From the NCBI RefSeq assembly GCF_009914755.1, contig NC_060926.1: 64,000 bases of DNA. One strand, written 5' to 3'. The notes beneath the pieces are model-generated. The model was not told where the DNA came from. It saw only the letters and a program-made list of their open reading frames with translations, and searched no databases. Of the stretch, positions 17,598 through 31,999 are shown piece by piece; the first letter of the stretch is position 1; every line of letters starts with the position of its first letter. Position numbers and translations under genes: made by a program. Source of the stretch: the human T2T-CHM13v2.0 reference genome, Homo sapiens.

Positions 17598-17999
17598 CTA
17601 TGTAACAGATTAGGAAAAGTCAACATTCTGTGACAGCCCAAAATAATTTTTAAATCCAAATGCCACTGAGATAAAACATTTTATTAAATGTTATACAAAC
17701 ACTTCTTTAGATAAGTATTAAGAAACCTGGTATTATTTTTATCTTTAAAAGTATATTCCACAACTTAAAATTCTAAATATAAAATGCTTACAACCTTAGA
17801 ATCATACTTTCGGGCTGTCACTGTGAACGCTATCAGCAAGCCTTTGCATGATTTTTCTCTTTGCCACTCCTGCATTCTCGGTGACGACAACAACTATAGC
17901 CTTATCCAGATATTTCGAAGTGCAACAAATTGTATTCAATATAGAGTAAGGATAAGGAAGAACTCTCTCATTAACTGGTCTCGCGGTGATTACAGTAAT

Positions 18000-18200
18000 A
18001 GCTAACATCTATTGAGTACTTACTATGTACTAATCTAAGTATTTTTTACTCTCAACAATCCCATATAGTAGGTTTTATTATCCTCGTTTGAGATGAGTGT
18101 GCTGAGGAATAAAATGGTTAAGTAACTTGTCCAAGGTCGCTTAGCTAGCAAGCCTGGCTCCAGCGTCCCTGGGTTGGAAGCATATTCTGTACTGCTACAT
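18000..18200. mobile_element. MIR
   Basis: MIR core GGTTAAGTAACTTGTCCAAGGTC. Confidence 0.7.
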
Positions 18201-18225
18201 CAGCATAAAAGTTCATTTTTGCTAG

Positions 18226-18528
<303 letters not shown>

Positions 18529-19093
18529 TGAGGATTACAGGAAAGCTGACAAAAGGCTTTGTGAAAGCTTTGCTTTAAATAATCTGAATAATAAATACTT
18601 GAAATGGAAATAATTTATCTGACTTCTTACACAAGAAATAAACCTATGGGAAAATGTGTTAAATTCCCTGATAATTTCAGACATTAAGTACCAGAGTATG
18701 GTGTTCCCTGCCCCCTCACCCTTGTTCGTACTAATTAATTACTCCTTGAAAAAACCTGGCACCTACCTAAGTAGATGAATTATGTATATTTAAAATTATC
18801 CAGATGCTCAGGAAAATACTTAGGTGTTTCTCTCACCATAAGTTAAATAATATGTCATATCTTCAACTGATGTCCCTTATCATAGTTTGAAATAAACTTA
18901 TTCCCTATTTAGCAGAATGGTTTCCAAGTCAAAAATTTATGATGATACTGTAAGCATAAAATAGAAACACATGAACAAAAGGAATGGGAGGAATGGCTTT
19001 TTTCCCTTTGGATGTAATAAATACAGCCAGCTCCCAGTTTCAAACTGCCACTCCTGTCTTCTCTTACCCTGCTCTCCTTGAGATCCCTTTTGA

Positions 19094-19457
<364 letters not shown>

Positions 19458-20363
19458 GAGTTTGTTTTGTTATTAAATTGGTATAAAAGATTTTTGAAAA
19501 ATTAAGTCAGTGATTAAAAATCAAGACTACAGTAATCTCTCAATTTATTTTCTCAAACATGAAATGCTGACCCAGAAAAAAGGTAAGTAAAAATTGGTGG
19601 TCTATATTATCAAATTGTCAAATGAGGTATATTTATACCTCAATATCTTGGATGATATCAGGGGGAGGTAGGGAGGTTAAAAAAAAATAGTTCTTCCAGT
19701 CATGAAAGAAAATAAAGTATAATCTAGAATTCCTTAAAATCCTTGATTAGTCTGAATTAAACAGCCATATTCCAGAATATTAAATATAGAATATGAAGAA
19801 AAACTTTCATCTCCAGTCAATGAAGTATTTTAACTTTTGAGTTAATACTTTTTCAAATTAATTTTTTTCTCTTCAAAATGCATCACACTACTTAACTCAC
19901 TTCAAGGACTGGCACAGCCATCAACCAATGTCATGGGGGAAAAAGCCTTGTCATTTTAAGGTATTAAACAGACAATGAAATCTGCCACAATTTTGGTATT
20001 TCTTCTCCATAAGAACATAATAAATTAATGGAGTTTTTTCTTTTGCTTTTTTCTAAGCAACAAAGTTTTATGATATCATGAATGAAAAGGTCCTTAATTA
20101 CCTTTTGGTCTACATGTCAAGGACTTCTCCCTCATAAAACCGGTAGTAATCACAACAAAAGGAATTAACCATAAAAAGAGGTATTAAAAATGTATACTTG
20201 ATTTTTAAATGCAAGCATATTATTTCTTTACATTAAAATTTTTAGATTTAAAAAGTGTTTCTGGAAGCTCAATCTAGAAAAGAAAGATTTAATTCTTTAC
20301 ACCCAGTAGGGCAAAACAAATCAGACAGAAATGATATATGAACGTAAATGCAATTTTATTTAC

Positions 20364-20483
20364 CATTTTGATGCTCCAAATGGCACTGCCAGGAAGCTGC
20401 CTGGGTTTAAAAATTTCCCGACCTCCTGAAATGTCTGGGGACCAGGAAGGTGGGCTCACTGTATTATGGGTACTCCAAGCCTC
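20364..20483 (-). pseudogene. KMT2C: KMT2C-like exon ~15, open frame, with internal cryptic acceptor at 20435-20436
   Basis: 120 nt with AG/GT; EAWSTHNTVSPPSWSPDISGGREIFKPRQLPGSAIWSIKM. Confidence 0.92.
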
Positions 20484-21699
20484 CTAGGATATGGCAGTTG
20501 AGAAAATAGATGTGTAAAACTCAGCAACATAAAAGGTCAAAGCCAGCAACTAAGGAATTTTAGAACAGCAAAAACAAATGCAAACATATGGAAATTTAGG
20601 ACAAATTGCTTCAAGGAAGGCAAAATAAGCTAATCACTAACAGTGACTTAAACATTTAAGTATAACAAATAACTTAAATGTTTGCTGCTACAGAGACATC
20701 ACTACAATGAAACATTAAAAATTAAGGTTTATATGACATCAACATTGACTCATGAACTGCAATTACTGCACCAAAAAGTAAATAAAAGTAAATCACACTT
20801 TAAGAATTAACACTAGAAGAAAGTATTGGGGCGTTATTTTTCTTCTAACAACTATCACTCTACTTAAAAGGAGAAATGGATAAGCATAAGGAATTCTATA
20901 TTCTATAGCTATAAACAACCAAAACCAGTAGGCCAAAGAATGCAATGAGAAACATAAGCAATAGATAAATGCATAAACTTTACACTGTAGAGAGCTGGTA
21001 ACATTAAAATGCAAATACCATTATAATCTTAGCATTTAATCACTCTTTCTTCAGTGACCATTAGTTGTCGGTTTGGTTTCGGTTTTTACTCAGGGAAATG
21101 AATACTTTATGGAAATTACATCCAACGGACAAAAGTGAAGAAACGTTAAAGCAAATTGTCCTAAATTTGCAAATAAAATGCCTAAAGTACCTGATAAATT
21201 ATATAGAAAGTAGTATCTTATTAAAATCTATATAACTAAAACTAAAGCATTTTACTTCCAAACAACCACATTCAGCAATACCCTGAACTAATCTGAAGAT
21301 GCTAAACAGCATAAAGAAAAATGTTTACTCCACAAAGATAACATTTTAAAGAAAAACAAGACAAATGTCAAACAATAAAAGGATATATTTTGAATTAGGT
21401 AATTCAATGGTGCATGCATAATTTTACCAATCAAGTAACCAAAACTTAAGACAAGGTACATAGTACTTACCAGGTTTCTAGAATATCATCAAATTAACAA
21501 GTACTATCTCATTAATCACATAAAAATACCACCAGGAATTAAAATAACCAGAAATAAGAATGTGACTACTCTTGGGGTAAGAGATAGGTAATGGAATAAC
21601 AGTATTTTGGAAAAGCCACACAAGCAATAGACTGGTTTCATTTTTAAGTCACAAATTCAACCCACACACATTGAAGTCCAGCAATCCAACTCATTCTCT

Positions 21700-22825
21700 C
21701 CAGCAAACACTTTATTTTTTTCCCCTCCAGGATTACCCTCAGGTGTTCTTTCTTACCCATCAAATCTCTAACCTAGCTCAGGTAATCACTATGCTGATTT
21801 CACTGAGCAGCAACCACTGCAGGTCAATTACCTCACTTTCATAATTTCAAATCAACTTGAATCTGTACCTATGTCTTCTTCCCTACTATTAGTAGGGAAG
21901 TGTTGTCAAAAGCCATTTCTCTTTTCTCATTTTACTCATGCTCCTAACATCTGGCATACTGTTCTGCTGGATTTGGCAGCAGCCCACCTGTGGATATTTC
22001 ACTGACTTCCTCGCTAATCTTTCTTCATCTCCTGTACGTGTTCTTCCTCTATTTGACTTCCAAAGCCCTGGAGTTTCCCAGGGCTTGAGCCTAGATCCTA
22101 AATGGTGTTATCTACAATGAGGGCATCTTGGAAGTTGATGCTTCCCACATTCTTATTTCTAGTTTTAATCAAAGATCTCCAAATTAGCAGGATTTTCAAC
22201 TTCCTTCTTAGCATTTCCATTTTCTCACATAAAACCCCTCTTAATTTTGCCATGTTTAAAATTTCTCCCTTAACCGGTTTCATCCCAGTCTTCCCCATCC
22301 TTATAAATGGCATCCAGTCCCTTGTCACTCTCCTCTGCTCCTTCAGTCCTCTCCCCCAACACCTCGTCAATGCAAATCATCAGCAAATTCAAGACTTTTT
22401 ATCTTCAAGTTTTGTCTCCGATCCTTCTGCTTCTTGTCACTTCCACCACTAGCAGCCCACTCGTGGCCACCACCATCTCTCACCTAACCTGCTACAAGAG
22501 TCTACTGCTGGTTATGCTTCTCCCACCCTGCATCTACTCAAGCCTTTCCCCACAGCAGCCAGAGGAACTTTTCAAAAGTACAAATGTGATCAAGCAAGTC
22601 ACTATTCTATTTCAAATCTTCAATTGCTTCTCAGAGCACTTAAAAGACAAACCTTTCCCAGTGCCTTTCTCCAGCTCATCTTGTGGCACTTGTCTCCCTG
22701 CTGCTATGCTCCAGCTATTCTGGCTTCCTTGCTGTCCTTCAAACATGCCAAGTTCTTTATCAATCAGAGCCCAACTGACTCAGAACACTTCACTATACCA
22801 TTCCAGCCCTTCAATAAATGTCTGG
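21700..22825. mobile_element. L2 fragment
   Basis: C/T-rich; CCACCATCTCTCACCT, CCACAGCAGCCAGAG, TTCAATAAATG typical of L2 3' region; limits approximate. Confidence 0.6.
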
Positions 22826-22829
22826 CATC

Positions 22830-23133
22830 TTCTTTCTTTCTTTTTTTTTGAGATGGAGTCTTGCTCTGTCACCCAGGCTAGAGTGCGGTGGTGCGATCTC
22901 GGCTCACTGCAACCTCTACCTCCCAGGTTCAAGCAATTCTCTTGCCTCAAGCCTCCTGAGTAGCTGGGATTACAGGCATGCACCACCACGCCCGGCTAAT
23001 TTTTGTATTTTTAGTAGAGAAAGGTTGTCTCCAAGTTGCTCAGGCTGGTCTCCAACTCCCGACCTCAAGTGATCTGCCCACGTTAGCCTCCCAAAGTGCT
23101 GGGATTACAGGTGTGAACCACTGCGCTGGGCCA
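22830..23133 (-). mobile_element. AluS-type
   Basis: Antisense full-length consensus. Confidence 0.9.
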
Positions 23134-25089
23134 ATATTATTTTTTTAAGAAAATACTAATAAAAAGGAACAATTGATATTAAATAAAATTTAACTATTGA
23201 CTATAAATATATGTTTCAAGAGATTTGAGTGAAAATACCATTCTACGTTAAAATAAAAAATATAACATTCGATAACTATAGTAATAACATGTTCTCAAAG
23301 ATTCAAGGGGCTAAAGCTAATGAGAAAAAGTTAAATATAAACATCTTACAATTTACCTAATTACTTGAAATAGAAACTTATGTTCATTCCTGTATTTCTC
23401 CATTTTTCCAATTTCTAATGTCTACTTCTTTCCATTTTGTATTTTCTTGTATTGAGGCAATTTAAAGAGGATATGCCAGGTCTTCAGAAAGCCAAGAACT
23501 GAACATAAGCACTCTGGAACCTATCTGAACTTAATTTTGTCCAAGATTTTTTTAATGGTTGAAAATTGGCTCAACTGGGGATACTAAGAGGAAATATCAG
23601 GGGCAAAGGGGATTTGGGTTAAACAGATCGAACAGGATTCTTACTGAAGGCAGGCCAGACTGATCAGAAATCATCTGGAGGGTGGTGGGAGATAACAAAT
23701 TTGATCAGATATCAAAGGTGATCAGTACTGAGAGTGGGGGATTCTTTGCAAGTTTCTTCCTAAACCTGAGAGATGTGGGCCAGACTAGGATGAACACTGA
23801 AAGCTGAGGCTGAGAGGTGGCTTAGAGGATCCCAACTAGAGTTTGGGCAAGGGGAGAGGCTTTGTCAATGCAAACATGCATTCAGCAATATTACCAAGTA
23901 CAGATGCATGCACATAAAAATACTGAAAGGAAATATAAGAAAATGTTTAAAAATTTTTAGTGGCTTATTTATTTTATGTAATTTAAATATATATATATAA
24001 AATTAAGGTGTACTTTGAACACATACTAACACATTCAAAGAATTAAGTATACATTTGATAATACATAATAGTTACAAAATAAGCAAGGTCTTCATGCAAA
24101 CGAGTTTAGAATTTCCAGGGTTTATTACTTAGCATTTGATCAGCAGGCCTGTAACTTCTTCTGCTGCCCATTCATTGCCCATTTTATTAAAAATTCCTCA
24201 AGTGGATGCATTGGAATGGAAGAAACACTGACTCTTTCCTTCAAAGAAGGAAACAACAAACCTTGTTTGACAACCCTGGTCAAACAAGACAAGGACCAAG
24301 TGGCTAGTGGTAAGGAAAGTTGGTCAAACTAATGAATGACATTTTAGATTAAAAGTGAATTTTATTTAACCCAATTATTCTTATCCTATGCACACAAATT
24401 TGAATTTAAGTTAGCTTGATGTAGATGGTCACCCCATTCCAAAGCATGGGTCCAAATACCCTAAGGTTCCAGAAGGAGCCAGCTTTCTTCAGAAGGTGGC
24501 AAGTCATTGCAAAGTACTGAGGAAAACTTTCTTTAAAGTATCTTTTTTCATCATTCCATATTTTGCTCCTTATAATTGCAACTGCTCTCCTTATATGTCT
24601 CTTTTGAAACTTCTCACTTGTCTAAGGTGCTATTGTTCCTCCTCATCTTTTTTTTTTTTTTTAATAGCATAGTCTCTCTCCCTCCTTGCCATGCTGAAAA
24701 GGCTTCTGACTTGCTGTTCTTGCCAGGAAATATTTCTGCAGGGCGTATTGGAGTGGAACTACTTACAGAGTGTCAGGGCAAGTCCTTACATTTGTTTATG
24801 CTTAGGACACAACACAGAAGATAATTTTCTAAGTTAAAGATTGTATGATTTTATCTTGACTTCAGAAACTGGTCATACTTTTTTACTTTAGTTTCTAAGA
24901 ACCTCAGAGCTGAACTTGAAACAACTTTAATAATTCCAATGAGACATTTGTTATTTATCCTTTTTAAAAAAGACTTTTCTAATTTAAATAATTTTATTAT
25001 TGCTCTAAATTTGCCAGGTTCATGTAAGAATTTTATAAACTGTTTTAAAACTAATTTACATTAAGTTGGAATAAAGTTAACCAAATTAA

Positions 25090-25332
25090 TACAAACATAT
25101 TTTATTGCACTTCTCTTTATTGTGCTTCACAGATAGGAACATTTTTTCTTTATTTACAAATGAGATGTTTTTGACAACCCTGGTGAAGCAAGTCTATTGG
25201 TGCCATTTAACAAACAGCCTGTGCTCACTTTGTGTCTTGGTTTCACACTTTGGTAATCTTCACAATTTTTAAAATATTTCCTTATTATTATATTCGTTAC
25301 GGTGATCTGTGATCAGTGATCATTAATGTTAT
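25090..25332. mobile_element. Tigger1-like fragment, followed by an Alu 3' fragment (25333-25420)
   Basis: TTTATTGCACTTCTCTTTATTGTGCTTCACAGATA and GCAAGTCTATTGGTGCCATTT match the Tigger1 end as recalled. Confidence 0.7.
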
Positions 25333-28007
25333 GGGAGGCAGAGTTTGCAGTGAGCAGAGATCATGCCAGTGCACTCCAACCTGGGCAACAGAGTGAGACT
25401 CCATCTCAAAAAAAAAAAAAGGAGTTTTTATATGTAGGGTACAAAATACTATCTGACCTTAGGGTATGTGCAAATTTTTCTGAATTAATTAAGACTTAAA
25501 TATCAACAGGAATGATTGTTTTTGTTACAATCACCAGGTGGGTGATCTGATACTTTCCCCTGAAAAATGCATATACAAAATTTTCACATAATTTAAAAAC
25601 ATCCACAGATGCATAGCTATGGATTCAGTTTATGGATCAAGAATTCAACTCCTCAGAAGTAAAAGATTACATGAGAAAGTATCTGATATTGAGGTGACAA
25701 GGAATAATGTTGAAATGTATCTCATTAAAAAGTGCAGACAGTTGTGGCTAAGACATTGGGTATTACAGAGGTGCATCCATGTGTCCAGTGAGAAGACTTT
25801 AAGAATCTGTTTGGGAATAATGAGAACATGAGCATTCTCCTCCCTACCTCTAGCACTCCCCTCCTGCTATTTGGGTATTGTGAATTTACCAAACACAGTG
25901 ATTTAGGTCACTTTTATTATTTCAGAAATTCCAGATACCTTACTACTTATATAAAATAGCCCTTGAAAGGATGCTTACCATTAAATAATGTCTAATACAA
26001 AGAAAAGACAAATGTATGTGATCTGTAGTGCACAGTTATAATACAATCTGAATACTACATTTAAATTTTTCACTCCACTTTCCAAGAAATAAAGCATTGA
26101 TTCTAAATATATTATCTATTTGTCAAAACAAATAGAAACTATCTAGTGTTTCATTTATAAAAGAAATTAATTAATGGTGTCTCTAAGTTAATTTTTTACT
26201 TCTTTTCCCCATATCATTTTTATATTATATGAGAGCATATTTTTCTACTCTACCCTGGAATTAATAAACAAAAAATAAGGTATGATATTTAACCTAGGGC
26301 TACCACATTTTTTTCAGTGTATTTAGTAGGTTCTCCTAAATCTGGAAAAGAAAACTTCAAATATAAACATAACCAAACTAAAATAACACCTTTTTTCTTC
26401 TATTTACTTTATTTCTTGAACTCAGTGATGTAATATGTCTTCATCTGCCTCTGAGAATACACTTAAAACTACAGAAGCAAATTAACATTTTCCCAATTCA
26501 CATGTAGTGCAATATTTAAGATTTCATCTAATTGAACACGTGTTGGATCAAATTTATAATACTAAAAGCACTCTTCTACATACTGCAATGTCTAGATGGA
26601 AGACAAGCTAGTCAGGTGGCAGAGTGAACATCATTCTGGTAGGCCTTTTCAAGCTGTCACTTGCAAGATGTTTGGACTGCTGAGAATGTTAGCCATAATT
26701 AATTGCAGAGATAGGAGGCTGCAAATGGGTGAGGTAATGTTCAAATGCATGGAATGATGACTAGTCATAGTAAAAGATAATAGATGTGGCCACATTGCTT
26801 TGAGAAAATTTAGAGAATATTTTGGGTCACAATGATACATTTCTGCATTATTTGTGGAATGTTTTCAATGCAATTACATCACACAGGTAGACTTCCAGAT
26901 CCTGTGTCTAACTTACTTTCCTTGGCTCTGTGGGAGAACACATATTCTAATGAAGTTCATTTTAAGGCAAATATTTCTTGAAAATACAAAACTGATAGAT
27001 ATATGTATGCAGGTTTCCTTCTTATACGTCTTTTATAAACAATGAAGTTGTATTTCTCCTTTAGTGTTTAATGTGTTTCATCAGATAATGCCCTAGAAGT
27101 TTTATCAAATTTTTCTGTCTACCATTTGAAGATGTATGAGAGGGAAAAAATGCAGTCTGCCTGCTTCACTAACAAAAGTAGGACAAAGGCCATCACAACT
27201 GAAATATGTGAAACACTTGGTTTTATGAATTTCAAGCATTTTATATCTCTACATTTGGACTCGAGTAAAGACATTTCATAGAAAAACTGAAATATTTTTA
27301 TTTGTTTATTTGTTAATCTTGATAACCTGCAATAGTTTACAGCCAGAATGGCAGCTTTTATATATGTACACTCATTTAAATACAGTTTCATACCGTAAAT
27401 AGCCATGGGGCAAAATATCTGCCTCTAGGCACAAAAAAAAAATCTTTGCCGCTAAATAAACACCTTTAAGTGATACTGCAAAGAATAGATATGAGGTAAT
27501 TTTTTACCTAAATGACTCTGGCCTGTATTAAGACATATTCACTGTAACAATTCAAGTTTTAAAATCCTTGTTTTGTAACTCAAAAATATATCTTTTTTAC
27601 AAAACACATCTTTACATTTATTGCTATTGTACATTTATTTGGCAGGAAACAGGGATGTTTGATGTCTTGCAATGATAAAGCAATCGTATTCAATAGAAAA
27701 TTGTCTCACATTCTGCAAGACTTTTGAACATTCTATAAGACAATTACATAAGTGAAAAACAAATTTGTAGATATTTGAGTACAACCATTTAATATATGAA
27801 TAAAAGCAGTTCAGAACATTTTAATGTACACTGCATTTTCTGATAGTAAGATTTTAGGTTAAAATAAGATTATACTTCAAAAAGTGTACCATTTTGAAAA
27901 AAAATCATATCACTGCTGGCAATGCCATTTTCATACTAGTCCAACATATTGCTTATCCATCTGTGTTTGTTTGATTTTACTGTTATTACTTTCATGATAA
28001 TGCTAAA

Positions 28008-28008
28008 G

Positions 28009-28039
<31 letters not shown>

Positions 28040-28040
28040 C
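28008..28040. repeat. (TACA)n(CA)n microsatellite
   Basis: Directly visible. Confidence 0.9.
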
Positions 28041-28749
28041 TAAGGTGTGCAGGCTTTCATCCAAGCTTACTGGTATTAATTAAAAATCAACCAGAGGTAG
28101 GGAAAAATAAAACTTATTCAACAATACTATTGCAATAGGGAGAATATTCCAAACTCAATCTACAGGTGTCTCAGGATCAGACAGGAAAAGGCTTTCCTTT
28201 TCTAGGGAAGGACAAGCAGGGCTGGCAGAAGCCTCCTTGGAGAGAAGGACAGGCAGTGGGGTGAGCAGGTGGCAAAACCAGGATGCTCCAATAAAAATAG
28301 TTTCTCTGGGAGTCCCGCTCATTTTTGGAGTGAGCTGTTAGCGGGCTGGTCGGTCCTTTAGTGCTTGTTCAGTCTTAGGTGGTGAGCCAAGGTCCAGGGG
28401 CCTGAGGAGAGGAGACAAGACTGTCTGAAGTTTGATAAAATCAAGTCAATGGGTAGTTATGAGTAATTGTGAGCAATTGGTCAGCTTTGGGCTCAGCACA
28501 CACCCCACCTTATGTTGTTTACCACAAACAAAACTTGTCCCTAAAAATTTTTAGGAATGGCATCAGATATAGCGAAGGTTTGCAAACTGATTTTCAGGGT
28601 TGGGCTGGTCTTCATGTGTTTGTTAACCTTGAGGACTAGGTATATCATTTGTTAAGTGTGTTATTGGACTGACAGCTGCTCTCTATGAAAAGTAGAATAA
28701 TCATTGAATATAATAAAAAGAATAATTATTGAAGGTTGGATAAAGAGGT

Positions 28750-29420
28750 CCGCGGAGCGATGGGCGAGTACGCGGGTGCCACACGCTCCTCGCCTTCTGC
28801 TGCCTGCAACTGGTGGCAGCGCTGGAGCAGCAGATCTTTGACTTCCAGGGCCGCCTACCAGTGAGCTCCCACCCTAGCCAATTTCCTGCGCCTCGTGGCG
28901 CTCACCCTGGGCATCGTGGGCACCGCAGTGTGGCTGACGCTCCGGGCTGGCCTGAGTGCGTTTATCACCTGCTTCTACCCGAAGGCTGGACCCAATATCC
29001 CCAGACCGCGACTTCCCCACAGCGTCCAAATGCCCCTGTACCGATCCAGGGATGGAGAATCGCCGGGCAGCGGGCGACTCCGGTTCTGAGCTTCCCCTGG
29101 CCATGGGGGGCTGCCGTGCAGTCTTGTCCCTGGCTGCCTGCTGCACTGTCCCTGCAAAGAAGCCCTCAGCAGCGCCCGCAGATCCTCCTGGCGCTGCTCC
29201 GCTTCCTGTTCGCCAGCTATGGGAGCAAAGTCTTCCTGAAGGAGGAGGCAGCTTTGACTTCATCAGCGGCTTCCACTCCTAGGGATGCCAGGCGCCCCAG
29301 AAGACGTCACGTTGACACCAGCAGCCTCTATGCGCTTCGGGTAGCCCTGCCCCGCCTGCCCTGGCCCTGTGCCCTTGGCGCTGGACTGACCTCGGCAGCC
29401 GCGATCTTGGTCAGGACCAG
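28750..29420. promoter_or_regulatory. GC/CpG-rich island on the NKAIN1 retrocopy; candidate promoter/first exon
   Basis: Abrupt change from AT-rich to GC-rich sequence with many retained CpGs in an otherwise decayed retrocopy; promoter activity is inference. Confidence 0.5.
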
Positions 29421-29720
29421 CAGGCACAGCCCTGGGGGCTCGGGACCCACTGCAGCCTGTGAAGGCCCCATGGCTCTGCACACAGAGAGGCGGAGCAGCA
29501 GACTTTGGGACTTGGCCCCTCACAACCAGGACTTCAGAGAGGATTGGGGTGGGTAAGGGAGGGGCCACGGAGTCCGCATTTTAAAAAATTTCAGACTTAG
29601 TGTGAGCTGGAGCTTTTCTCCCTTCTCCAGCCTCTTCCTTTCACCCTTCACCCAGCATCCCGCCCCTGTCCAGAGAGAAACAGCAGGAGGGCTTGCCCTT
29701 TCTATCTCACCGCACTCACT
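28760..29720 (+). pseudogene. NKAIN1P2: Processed NKAIN1 pseudogene (decayed CDS 28760-29344 plus part of the 3' UTR); probably NKAIN1P2, paralog number from recall
   Basis: Intronless; piecewise translation HTLLAFCCLQLVAALEQQIFDF..YQ*APTLANFL..LGIVGT..FITCFY..QILLALLRFLFASYGSKVFLKEE matches NKAIN1 as recalled; frameshifts, an in-frame TGA and an internal deletion. Confidence 0.88.
28906..29263 (-). CDS. Candidate first coding exon (antisense to NKAIN1 retrocopy) of a chimeric KMT2C-PHD transcript
   Basis: Open frame from ATG 29263 (second ATG 29104) to phase-1 donor CAGG|GTGAGC (GT at 28904-28905); frame-compatible with the cryptic acceptor at 20434. Expression not shown. Confidence 0.4.
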
Positions 29721-30139
29721 CCCCAGGCTGAGGAAAGCCGGGGGAACTAGGGGCAGGAGTTCTGGTTTCTCATCGCAGGTCCATCAGACTCTGGGTGACA
29801 GCTAGCAGAGCCCTAGCCCTCTCGGTGCCTCAGTTTCCCCACCTTGCCATTAAAAGAGTCCCTTGGTAGGTGAGCTCTTCTAGCCTTCTCATATAACTCT
29901 GAATTCTGTGGGCTGGGATGGGATTATAAATCCCATTTTGCAGATGTAGAAACTGAGGCCAAGAGAAATGAAATGGTTTGAGGCCACACTGCTAGATTTT
30001 GGTGGAAGCAGGCCTTGAACGCAGCGGACTTTCTGTAGTTTCAGCCTCTAAAACCCAGTGTCCTCTCTGAGTTCCATTTTCAGGCCCCTCACTACATTCA
30101 CACATCACTGCTTGCCAAGACCTCTCCTCAACCACCATC

Positions 30140-30352
30140 TTATCAAAGGTGACAAGAGTCACCTTTGCTCCAGTTCCCAGCAAGTTCCTCATCTCCATCA
30201 GAGACTGCCTCAGCATGGATTTCATTGTCCATATCATTATCAGCATTTTGGTCAAAGCCATTCAACAAGTCTCTTGGAATTTCAAACTTTCCCACATTTT
30301 CCTGTCTTCTGAGACCTGCAAATTGTTCAACCTCTGCCAGTTACCCAGCTCC
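30140..30352. mobile_element. THE1/MST (MaLR) internal fragment fused to an antisense Alu fragment (30353-30515)
   Basis: GTCACCTTTGCTCCAGTTCCC..CAGCATTTTGGTCAAAGCCATTCAACAAGTCTC matches THE1-int as recalled. Confidence 0.75.
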
Positions 30353-30410
30353 AAAGTAGCTGGGATTACAGGCACACACCACCACACCCGGCTGATTTTT
30401 GTATTTTTAG

Positions 30411-30599
<189 letters not shown>

Positions 30600-31999
30600 T
30601 AAAGACTAGCCAGCCCTCAGGCTCATGGTGGTTGCTGCTATTCTGTTGAATGTGAACCATAGCCTTTAGAAAGGAGCAAGTCTTTGTGGAATACACAGGA
30701 TTTGAAGTGCAACAAAGGGGTGGAAACCCAGCTGACCATGATACCTTCAAGTGAGTTTTTCCACTGAATTTGATTATTTTCCCATTTGGCACTTCTTTCT
30801 GGGTTTTTTAAGCAGCCCAAAAACTCTAGGTGATTTTACTTTTGTAATTGTATTCTCTTGGGAATGCTCATTCCTGATTCCTCGTTTCACCAAATAGGTG
30901 TGGAACCTACTTGTTTCTGCCTATAATAATTCTGGAGTCTTTAAACAAAACGACTGTGACTTTTCATGATGAGTAGAGGATAGGTTTTACTCATGCTACA
31001 ATCAATATTAATTCCTTGCAGTTCAAAGACACTGAGGCCTTGTCTAATAATATAGAAGTTGAACTTGGACTTGGGAGATGACTCCTGCCTCTCGTCCTCT
31101 CTGTGGCTCTGCTTTCTATTATTTTACTCATAAGCTTGTTTTGTCTCCTTGCTGAGAATTGTCAAACATGAAATGTAATTTCAGGCTATAGTGAAGAAAG
31201 ATGACGTAGGCAGAAGAAATTGGCAATCATTTGGCCTGTACATGTTGCTTTTTGTTTTTTTTTCTGGACTTAGGATATAGACCACACCTTGACATTTCTG
31301 GCCTTTGAGTCTTTCACAACTGTGATTATAATACATTAGCTCTTCTAGAAGTTAGAAGTGACTTTGGATTAAGTCTTTCATAAGGTGGCTAAATGAATTT
31401 ATATGGCTCATCACAATTCACTAGATTGGTTAAGCAGGAAGTTTACAGAGATTTTTTTCTTTGCTGTAAATGTTTTTCTAAATTGAAAAACTTCTATTAC
31501 TGTCTTCTGGAGTACTAGAAATAAGTGCAAGTGATTGTTTTTGGCAGGAGGCCACATAAACATTTCTGCTTCTCTGTGCCTTATGGGTAGCATTGATATA
31601 AATTGTTAAAAATAATGATTGTAGATAGATAATGTATCAGAATTTGGGCTCAGCTGCGGTAGCTGCTGTTGACCCAGAGGGACCACTGGGATCCTCACAT
31701 CTCAGGGCAGCACATCGTTTGCAGCAATGGTTGGTTCTACGCAACCTTTTATGAAATTAGGTGAGGCCCTTGCTTAGAATTTTTTAAAAGCTTAATATGA
31801 GTTTATATCTCTTTAAATATCAGTTTCTAATATTTTTTTAAAGGCCTATGTTTACAACAAATTTAGGAGATACCTTTATGCACTACTAACTAGTGTTCTT
31901 TTGTGGTGCTTTAGAAATTCTGGCTTACTTGTATTTTTGCTGGCCTTCTAATGATTTCACTCATCAATCAGAAGATATTTGTGTCCACCTCCCTGCTTC

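Noticed and set aside
22102-22963. 218-aa and 116-aa ORFs rich in Ser/Leu/Pro
   Set aside because: Lie in a C/T-rich L2 remnant and run into an Alu; no domain signature.
20364-29263. Assignment as a BAGE gene
   Set aside because: No BAGE N-terminal exon (MAA..VFLALSAQLLQARL) is seen; only the principle of KMT2C reshuffling is shared.
28813-29556. 247-aa plus-strand ORF over the NKAIN1 retrocopy
   Set aside because: Starts at GTG, matches NKAIN1 only in patches because of frameshifts, and its donor at 29553 is phase 2 whereas the IGSF3 Ig1 exon needs phase 1; GC richness explains the length.
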